64,000 bases of DNA from Lingula anatina (taxonomy: Eukaryota; Animalia; Brachiopoda): NCBI GenBank assembly GCA_051362555.1, contig CM120642.1, positions 12,710,001 through 12,774,000 of the forward strand. The letters are read 5' to 3'. Below the pieces are notes generated by a model that worked only from the letters and a program-made list of their open reading frames with translations, ran no database searches and was not told where the DNA came from. Position 1 is the stretch's first letter; each line of letters starts with the position of its first letter. Below, piece after piece: positions 54,966 through 64,000 of this stretch. Position numbers and translations under genes: made by a program.

Positions 54966-54971
54966 AATAAA
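54966..54971 (+). terminator. Candidate ATG13 polyadenylation signal
   Basis: AATAAA followed by a T/GT-rich stretch (TATTTCTGTTATTTTGT), ~1.9 kb after the stop codon. Confidence 0.45.
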
Positions 54972-57900
54972 TGTCAAGAAGTAAACATTCTATTTCTGTT
55001 ATTTTGTCCACGGTACTACATGCCCTTGCAAGTTTTCTGAGTGGACCAAAATGTCCACGACTGTGTGTTTTATAATTAAAATATGTGGTGTAGTTTTAAA
55101 AAACCCAACTGGCTCTTTGGAAACTGTAGATGAATTTTGACTTCAAATGGTGAATCTCATTTAACAAGAATGTTCATTGAAGCATGTTCAGTCACAATCA
55201 CCCTGAGTTTCAGAAGACAATTACTACCAGCATGCCTCTGCCATTTCCAACATGCTGATAGTAGAGAGAAGAATCTCCAGTGTACTGAAATCATGGGGAA
55301 AATGTTAGCTTGAAATGGATTGTTGATATTGTTCATGAAGCTAATTTAAAATAAATAATAACAGGATGTTACTTAATATATTAAATCAGAGACTTCAAAT
55401 TTGTTAATTTCATGTGGAATTATTAAAGTACCTAGTATCTGGATGATTTCTTGATCAGAACACAAGTCTGTAAAAAACAACCAATACTGCACAAAATCCA
55501 TTTATATTTCTTATAACAGAAGGTTGGGTGCTCCTATTTGTCAAAATTACAAAATGAGTAATTAAATAAAGTCACATGATAGAAAACGACAACTACATAC
55601 TCTGTGAATGGGTAAAACTAGCATGTTATCATTAAACTTTTATATGCAGTTGTTAACTAATATTTCTCAGCCTACACTGAATAAATCTTCGTCAGATGTG
55701 CTACCTGAGTAATTGCAAGAAGTTGCAAACTACAGTTTTGGAAAATTAATTGAACACATCTCTGTGTTGACAGCTGTTGGTGGATGGAGACTCGTGCCAA
55801 AATTTCTTTCCAGGAATAGCAATTCTCTTAATTTTTTTACTTCATCTTCAGACTTGAACCATTTAAAAATTATATTTAAATTATTTCTTGCTTCAAAAAC
55901 TCAAGTATTGTCTTATGATAATTAAATATTTCTTAGACAGGTATCTTTTGTGGAATTAAACATTTTATTGTTGCAAACTGGGATAAGATCATGTGCCAAG
56001 TGTCAACCTGGCTTTGGGGTGTACATTTTCACTGCCGCTTCTAACATTAGAGCTTGGCAACATACATTTTACCCATACATTTTTCGATGTCACAGTATAA
56101 TCAATACAAGGGATATTCCTGATACTGATATACATTGAAAAAATAGTGCACTGAGGTAATTAGTTAACTTGACTTAATAGCTTATGTCATACTCAAAATG
56201 GGGTCCACACAATCCAAGGCTTAAAACAGTTATTTTATCAAATATCTAAGAATGTGTTAAGATTTGTTTACCGTTCGTTAACATGGTTAATATACAGTAT
56301 TATATCCCTAGTAGATGCCATGGACCAGATTAATGAAAGCTCCAAATAGTGATGCAACATGTGGGATAAAAATGGCAACTTAAAATCAAAGTTTCAATAA
56401 ATTTATAGAATCTGACTAAACGATAACAAAAGCAGCCTGAGAACAAATCGCCTGGGTTACAGAATAGTTATTCTCTACTCTTTTCTAGAAGATATTATTC
56501 AATATTCTTGTCACGAAGACTACATGTGATTATTACATATATAAAAAATGCACCTGTCAGACTATTCTGATATTCAGGGGAAACTATGACTTAAAATTGA
56601 TGGATTATTACCTACAACCATTCGCTTTACAGCTTTATTATGACTGACCTATTATTATTATCACCATCACAAATTAGTTTGATCCCTGTGGAGTGCAGAT
56701 ATATTGCATTTGCAAGTTTTCAACCCACATGACATTGGATAAAGCGAAATGATTGTTGCAGCAGTGCTTTCCTTTTTTTGAATTCCACATAAAAAAATGT
56801 TTACATTCTACATACCATTTAAATAAGTGGAAACTATATAGCCAAAGTGACCATTCTGCTATGAGCCTTACATCACTTACAAAACATACTACACATTGGA
56901 GAACACTGTAAAAACACAGCAACAGTTACATCTACACCATATAAAATAAATTGTCCACAGGTCTTTAAAATACACAAATGGTCTGATATACAATTATCCT
57001 TGCAGTCTAACCTTTTATTAAAATTACTGTGTATTAAATATCATCATCTTAAGGCAAGAAAGTCTGCAGTTTACTTCTAAAACACAAAAAGGGGGTATCT
57101 TACGAGACAGGGTCTAAAAATGTGAGCAGGAAGGTGGTTTACAATAATAAATATTAATTTCTGAGTTTAATAACATCCCTTTATTATAATGATAAACTTT
57201 AATTTCCCCTTAACACCTACTAATAATCATTATTGCACTGTACAGCTAGATTCATAAATAAATATGATACTTTGCTTGGCATCCTAAATGTAGCATTGTT
57301 TCAGAGCAAACTCCATATTAACTGCACCCCCTGTGCAGATCTTAATACTGGCTCTAAAGATTGTCCTCTTGCACATGACATCAATGCTGTGCGTCCATTA
57401 CCTAATTATGCCTTGTGCTGCACTTACAAGAAAAAAAGAAATCTAATATTTTTTTCTAGACAGATTTCCATGGCAATTTTCTCAGTCTAACAATCTGACA
57501 TTTCTAAAATATCTTGTGCATTTTGGGCATATTTCAAACAATTTTGAACTTTATCTTCTTTAAATTAAAACAAAAGCCCTGGGACTTCTATAATAAAATG
57601 ATATGAAACAACTATCTATTGAGGAAAACTCCACTGAAAGACAAATCTTAAATTCCACATGAAAAATTGAGAAAATTTGCCAAAAAAATTACATTCATAA
57701 ATTCTGTAAAATTTTATTATAATTGAGCTCTATAAAACCCCTAATGAGCATACAAAATATCCAAAAATACTTGACCATCCAATACCCAAAATACACCAAG
57801 TGTTATTTACACTTATTGATACATGTTGCTAGTAAAAACATAGAAACTAATACACAGGTGAGACTTTCCCTCTCATTAAGGTTTGAACAAGGCAACTACA

Positions 57901-58135
57901 GATGACATTAGACTTCTTTTGGTACCAATGTTTTCACAGACCAGATTTCAATCCACTTGTATAGAAAATCTCATCATGACTAGAGTGCCAATGGGATGTG
58001 CAATGTTACATGTGCTAGTTGATTTTTGTGTTCCTAGTATCAATGGCTTATGAACCCTTATTTTCACCCTGTTTCGCTACTCCTCTGATACTGGCAATTT
58101 GGACAGTGTATGCTAGGCACAACTAAGGCAACTGA

Positions 58136-58287
58136 TCAGTGAGACTTGATGTGGTTATTGGTTACATGGGGAGGACTGAAGACTCCATTCACCCACTGGG
58201 AGTCTTTAAACTCCCATATTGCAGTCACATGATAGGCCATGTTGATATAGGCGATGAAAAACTCGGACAATGAAAACCAGCTGAATG
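58136..58287 (-). CDS. PGAP2-like paralog, exon 5 of 5
   Basis: tttcag|CA; encodes AFSWFSLSEFFIAYINMAYHVTAIWEFKD...KSH then TGA (E...NMAYH.TA.W.F family motif). Confidence 0.88.
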
Positions 58288-58501
58288 CTGAAAAGACAAG
58301 AAACAAAACGGTAATAAAGGTAATAAATTTTGTTAAATGCTTGAAGGACTAAAACCATGGTATGCTGTATTTGATAAAATGAAAAATTCTGTATTTGATT
58401 TCAGAACTGGTTTTAGACTGGCCAAAATGGAAATGGTCTTATATCATCATATGAGCCAATCTAAACAGAAGTATTCTTTAATATTTAAAACTGCTGGATA
58501 A

Positions 58502-59631
58502 GGCCACACTTTTTTATTTTTATGGATGACATCCTCTGGGGACCCCAAAGTCGGTGCGAGCGGGCGAAAAAAAAAAAAAAACAGTCCAAAAAAAAAAAAA
58601 ACTGCTTAAGAAAAGTTACGTTTTCAGTACACAGCTGGAAACACTAATTTACCACAGAAACACGTATCAAACTAACAACATGTCTTTATCCATGCTCTCA
58701 AAATATTAAAGCTTTGTGAATAGGGCCTATTTCGTAGAAAGGTAAAAAGTCATGAATATATATGCTGCATATTACCAAATCTATTTAAGGTTATTTCATG
58801 CATTCTGTTGGTATAGCATCCAATAAAACAAATATCAAATAAACAGCGTGTCTTAATTTGTAATCTCAGAAAATTAAAGCATTGTAAACACTTCACAGAA
58901 TTGTTAAAAAAATGAAGCAAAGATGGGCTTATGCTTCCTACTACTAAGGTAATTTCGGTCGATGCCATTTTGTCTACTTCGACTCAAACGCTAGCAGCCA
59001 ACTATCGGGTGGCCTGTCCGACCTTCAGTCCACCAAATACCACGACGCTCTTGTCGACCCTTTTTTCGCTCCAAAAAGAAACTGGTATGTGCTGCTTTGG
59101 ACAGAATGTCACTGAAATTTTCCGGGCGATGATCGCTGGCCGCGGCCAGCCTTTCGTATAATTGTAAAAGGGTGATATCTCCATGTCCAATATCAATGGC
59201 AAACCAATCCAAAAAGACGGCCCCCGTTCTCTTTATGACTTTAATTGTCGTGTATTTTGAAATTAAAGCAATAATAACTCTTCGTTTCGGCCAAAAAAAT
59301 GAATTTTCCTGGAGTAAACAACAATTTTCCCATACTTACCAATGGTTAATGAATCCATTTTTACATTCAAAGTTAGTCCCTGGTTTTTTTCTAAAAAGTT
59401 TGGTTTTTTGTTAAAATCTCTTAAGAGCTTGCGGAATTAGCCGAGAATTGTGGATTGCATTTTCCTGCAAATTCAATAACGATGTTTGCGACAACCAACT
59501 TCCTTGCATTGGGGGGGGGGGGGGGGGGGGGAGCGGTTTGGGGGGGGGATTTTTTTTTTTTTTTTTTTGGAGAACGGACGAAAATCGGTGCGCGCGCAGG
59601 ATGTCATCCATAAAATTAAAAAAGTGTGGCC
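58502..59631. mobile_element. 1130-bp non-autonomous DNA transposon (Zator- or PIF/Harbinger-type) in PGAP2-like intron 4
   Basis: 34-bp TIRs with one mismatch (GGCCACACTTTTTTAwTTTTATGGATGACATCCT at 58502-58535 and 59598-59631). TAA duplicated on both sides. No transposase ORF. Confidence 0.88.
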
Positions 59632-59868
59632 TAACAAAAACAGTTGGCCACTTTGTGATGCTCATCACAAAACAAAAAGTCGCATATTATATTCTTAAAT
59701 TTTTTTAAAGCAAACTGTCCCAAAAATGATGTCAGTGAAATTAAATGAAGCGATAAATATTGCTTTATATATTTTCTAAGCCCTCTTGTTTAACAGCAAG
59801 CTGGTCCTTAAGAAATGCCAGCAAAACATTATATGCAATGTTTTGCATCTGCCTTGAGCCACACATAC

Positions 59869-59977
59869 CTCCAGGTATACAGAACAGCCTATGTTGAGCA
59901 AAGAAATACAGCAGCACTCCAGTGGATATCATGATGGCTATCCACAAATATTTTTTGAAAGCATATGATTTCAAGTC
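59869..59977 (-). CDS. PGAP2-like paralog, exon 4 of 5
   Basis: tttcag|GAC...GGA G|gtatgt; encodes DLKSYAFKKYLWIAIMISTGVLLYFFAQHRLFCIPG. Confidence 0.88.
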
Positions 59978-60301
59978 CTGAAAGATAAAAAGAGATTAAG
60001 TTAATGTTTTTCTTGTGTGTTTCTTGTTGTTGACTTCTTATATTTCTACTGCAATCGTGGTTATTCATCTCCATTTCTAAGTATTTATAACAAATATGTT
60101 ACTGACTGAAGGCCAAGCAATTCTCTCTCTGTCTCTTTGTGTGTGTATGTGTGTGTATGTGTGTGTGTGTGATTTGTGGTGGAAGAGGTGTATGTGCACA
60201 ATATGTTTTATAAAATTAAAGAGTGTAGGTTTTAATAATTGATAAAAGAAATAAGAAAATAAATGAGAGAGAAAAGGAAAAAGCAGTCTAATTTGACTTA
60301 C

Positions 60302-60408
60302 TAGCTCTGTCCACTTCTCTGGTCTTGACATATAAAACAGTATAGTATTGGTCAACATATAACACAGTGACATGACCATAAATACCACAAATATCTTCTC
60401 ATGGACAG
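60302..60408 (-). CDS. PGAP2-like paralog, exon 3 of 5
   Basis: tttcag|CT...CTA|gtaagt; encodes PVHEKIFVVFMVMSLCYMLTNTILF. Confidence 0.88.
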
Positions 60409-60647
60409 CTGAAAATATAAAAAGAAAGTGTGCTTTCTAGAGTGTGATGATGCTATTAATACTCGGAAGCATAAAATATATGTTTTTCATAAAGACATTT
60501 TGCTAAGCCCCTCCCCCCCCACCAAAAAAAAAAAAAAAAAAAAGAAAAAAAAAACACCACAGTTAATATAAATTCAATTTATTAAATGTTAATTGAAAAA
60601 ACATGGTCCACTTTATGTTATCATAAGCTTATTCATTTCATACTTAC

Positions 60648-60912
60648 GATAATTTTCCCTATTTGATATATAGCTGACAAGAACTAGACACGCATTCTCC
60701 ACTGTATTCAACCAAAAATTCAGGCTGACAAACTTCTTGTAAAAAGGCCTATAACTTGGCTTCACATTGTGTATAAGTGATAGGTAGTAGTTATAGTGGA
60801 GAACAGCTATTATAAATCTTGGAGCAGAATGTAAGGCAATACAGATCCTCCAAACATATTTCCCCGGAGAAACACCTGTCACTGCACTGATGGAGGGAAT
60901 GAAGTTGGTACA
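60648..60912 (-). CDS. PGAP2-like paralog, exon 2 of 5
   Basis: tttcag|TGT...TAT C|gtaagt; encodes CTNFIPSISAVTGVSPGKYVWRICIALHSAPRF...VSYISNRENY. Confidence 0.92.
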
Positions 60913-61487
60913 CTGAAATTAGATACATGCATGTAAATAAATAATGCATGCTTAGTAAATAACAAATGAGCTCGTGAATTTTTGATAACACTATCAGCAT
61001 AACTCTGCAATACATATTAACAAAAAATAAAGGCATGTATAACTGTGTAAAGTCCTTTTTTTCTGTCGCTTCTTGGTGATATAAAACTTATTTCCATTAT
61101 TAGATTATTATAATATAATATAATTCATTTACGTTACTTAATTTTAACTAGGATCCACCAAATGAATTTGAAGGCAAATAATACATGGAATGAACCACAA
61201 TTTCACTGAAAAAGTGTGTGATTCTTAAATGACCTTATTACTCATGTTTCAAAATCAGAAGAAAGTCTCTATTTTTATAAGAAAAGTGTCAGTGAAAGTG
61301 CTGTCTTCACTCGTAACTATGGTACTGCTTTAGACGTAAATTACGGTAGCCACGCCTCTTTTAATACCATACCCGTCTAGTAAGTCTAATTGAGTTAAAA
61401 CCATATCCATCAATGGAAAAATTCTAGATATACCTGGTGGAATAAGCCCACTTACTATAAACAACTTAAAAAAGCACAGGTACTCAC

Positions 61488-61649
61488 ATTACAGACAGTT
61501 TCATTGACCTCATCGGGTATGAAGATGAGACCCCAGAGGAATGAAAACAGCAGGGAGCCGGCTGGAAGACTCACTGTCACAATGCCAAACGTGCGAAAAT
61601 CTAGACGGTAAAAGACATCCTTAACAGTTTCTTCTTCTTCTTTACCCAT
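61488..61649 (-). CDS. PGAP2-like paralog, exon 1 of 5 (whole protein 264 aa)
   Basis: MGKEEEETVKDVFYRLDFRTFGIVTVSLPAGSLLFSFLWGLIFIPDEVNETVCN|gtgagt. Confidence 0.88.
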
Positions 61650-61793
61650 CGCTCCTACGTTTTCGGTTAAATCAAATGAAAACCAGTCGGCTCTTTATAA
61701 TAAATAAATTACATGTACTCCCAAAACAGAAATAAGTCCCTTAAACGGAAACGAATACCGCGCATGCGCTGAAAGGATTATGGGATTGGAAAC
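61650..61793. promoter_or_regulatory. Bidirectional promoter PGAP2-like / WDR55
   Basis: Only 144 bp between the divergent ATGs; NRF1-type CGCGCATGCGC at ~61759 and ZNF143/Staf-like GGATTATGGGAT at ~61775. Confidence 0.75.
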
Positions 61794-61802
61794 ATGGCAG
61801 AA
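61794..61802 (+). CDS. WDR55: WD repeat-containing protein 55, coding part of exon 1 (MAE)
   Basis: AAC ATG GCA GAA|gtgagt: strong Kozak context and consensus donor, phase 0 matching the next exon. Confidence 0.7.
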
Positions 61803-62309
61803 GTGAGTGCACGTGTGTTGTGTTGACATTTGTTTATGCAATGTTTATGTGGATTTATGAGGACTTCACTGTATACATTTTAAGTTGACATGTTTAAAAT
61901 GACCGTGTCACTATATAGGCAGCACAGGAAGTCATACCAAAGCGTCAGTTTCTGTATATGAAAAAAGAATGGGTCTAAATAAATCTGTATGCTGGCACCT
62001 TTGGCTTTGTCGTTTTGCTGGCCATGTTTAGCTTGTAACCGAGTTATGCAGATTTAGACTACATAGTTGATTCAGGCAAGAAAGTTAATTTACTTCCTTG
62101 ATTGCATTTAATATTATCAATGACAAAAACGCTTGACTTTAAGTTTGAAGTTGCGTTTACTTGATTGTCAAATGTAGTAGGCGTTCAAAAATGCATTTTG
62201 GAAAATTGTGTAAAAGTGTTATTAATTGTTAACTTGTTTATTTAATGAAATGCTTCTTCCGTTGGTATGTATCCAAATACCAGATTTGTGTAATTATGTT
62301 GCTCTGTAG

Positions 62310-62419
62310 GAGAGGGAAGCCCCAAAGGAGATCAAGTTTGCAGATCTAGTTGTTGATCTAAGTTTCCACCCTCAGAAAGATGTTTTAGCAGCAGGTCTTA
62401 TTGATGGAGAGGTGAAAAT
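62310..62419 (+). CDS. WDR55: WDR55 exon 2
   Basis: tgtag|GAG...AAA AT|gtagg; encodes EREAPKEIKFADLVVDLSFHPQKDVLAAGLIDGEVK (cf. human LAFHPARDLLAAGDVDGDV). Confidence 0.9.
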
Positions 62420-62790
62420 GTAGGTCCAATAAAAACAATAATATTGTTACATATGAATGGAAATTAATAATATTTTTCTTGCAACTAAAAGTTGGATTTT
62501 ACATGTACTATAAAAGTGTTAACAGTAATTGAAACACGTTATAAACCTATCTGCTAAAAATATATTCTTATAAAGAAATTTCATTTTATTATTTGGTCTC
62601 TATGTAACTTTTGTGTCACTATTCTTTTACTAAATCAATTTTGTAAGAGGTTGCTTAGAAAATACTGATTATACTTACAATTGAAAGGTATAGTATGCGG
62701 AAGAACTTGAGATGTATGCCAATGTTATAATATTTTCTTATAATAACCACAATATTTTTTGATAACCATAATTGATGTCTTCTTCTGCAG

Positions 62791-62976
62791 TTGCTCCTAT
62801 TCTACCACAGAGGAGAACCATGAGCTGATGACGTTCACCCACCACAAAAAGGCATGTCGATGTGTGAAGTTTTCTCCATCAGGTGACCAGCTGATCACTA
62901 CCTCCAAGGACAAGTCCCTCCATGTTATAGACACCAGCACAGGAGCTGTGGTCAGGAGTGTGCAGAAAGCTCATGA
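62791..62976 (+). CDS. WDR55: WDR55 exon 3
   Basis: tgcag|T TGC...CAT GA|gtaat; encodes HHKKACRCVKFSPSGDQLITTSKDKSLHVID...KAH. Confidence 0.93.
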
Positions 62977-63488
62977 GTAATAAAACAGTTTTTTTTTCAT
63001 CTTCAGACTTAGATATTTAATTAAAATGGCATCATTTCAACAAAAGTACACATAAAGAAAAATTAGATAAATTAATAAATAAATTACTAATTTTTTAAGG
63101 GAAAAAGTGTGAATGCTAAAATTATTTGACTTCATTTTCAAAAGTGAACTGAATTTAAAAATTAGGGCATGCCTACAATAATACATTTACTCAAAAACAA
63201 TTTGGATAAATTAATTAGGTCTCAGTGATGTATTTGGTTTATTTTTAAATATTAAAATATTAAGTCTGTAAATCTGTTTCATGGTAATTAGAAATAATGG
63301 GTTGTTAGCTGAATTTTTGTCCTAGCACATTTTAAGACAGTAATTTGAAAATTTGAGGACTAAACTCAAAACTTACAAATAAGGCCCTTTGGAGTTATTT
63401 GCAAAACCAAAGTTTTGGTGCCAGAATTTGTCTTACTGACACACATAAAAACATGAGTACATGATACTGATGGCATGGTTCTTTCCAG

Positions 63489-63561
63489 CTCTCCACCATA
63501 CAGCATGCTGGTCATAGATGAGAACCAAGTAGCCACTGGGGACGATGATGGCACCATTAAG
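63489..63561 (+). CDS. WDR55: WDR55 exon 4
   Basis: ttccag|C TCT...AAG|gtatt; encodes SPPYSMLVIDENQVATGDDDGTIK. Confidence 0.92.
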
Positions 63562-63589
63562 GTATTGAACACACCAACAAAGAGTGTTG

Positions 63590-63633
<44 letters not shown>

Positions 63634-63746
63634 GCTGTCTTTGTTCACAAAAAGCTTGCTTTTCTAACTATGGTTCATAATATTAGTAAATGCATTTCCT
63701 GCATTTTTGGGATTTGTGTATTATACCTTTTGTGTACACTTTTCAG

Positions 63747-63853
63747 TTATGGGACAGAAGGCAAGATAAAGCTATCATGGAGCTGAAAGAGTGTGAGGAA
63801 TTTATCAGTGACATGGTAATAGATGATCAGAGGAAGATTTTGGTTGCATCAAG
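63747..63853 (+). CDS. WDR55: WDR55 exon 5 (gene continues beyond window)
   Basis: tttcag|TTA...TCA AG|gtgaa; encodes LWDRRQDKAIMELKECEEFISDMVIDDQRKILVAS. Confidence 0.9.
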
Positions 63854-64000
63854 GTGAACCATCATAAATTGAAGAGACTTTTCCCTTATCCTTAGAAAAC
63901 CTCTTTCTCTATTTCACTCTTGTGTATAGGCATACACACAAAAAAGTTGGAAAAGCAACTTTTTCAACCAAAGTTAGCTAGTATCTCTCTTTCTCATGCA

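Overview
AT-rich eukaryotic (animal, probably lophotrochozoan/mollusc-like; taxon is inference) genomic DNA with GT-AG introns, microsatellites and MITEs. The first ~30 kb has no confidently identifiable gene, only decayed repeats, diverged tandem duplications and transcription-factor-site clusters. Six protein-coding genes follow: a single-exon PH-domain gene (31884-32513, -); a stand-alone GIY-YIG gene resembling plant EFFECTOR OF TRANSCRIPTION (ET) proteins (42096-42716, +); a canonical PGAP2 (46050-48953, -, 5 exons) head-to-head with ATG13 (49311-53053, +, 5 exons); and a divergent PGAP2 paralog (58136-61649, -, 5 exons) head-to-head with WDR55 (61794 to beyond the window end, +). Exon boundaries were read by hand and give continuous reading frames. 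The most notable observations are the ET-type GIY-YIG gene in an animal, the two PGAP2 paralogs on bidirectional promoters sharing one motif order, a uORF ahead of ATG13, an AP-1/NF-kB site cluster at 18-19 kb, and two repeat arrays with codon-like divergence (7.6-8.4 kb, 20-21.5 kb). Family assignments come from remembered motifs, not database searches.
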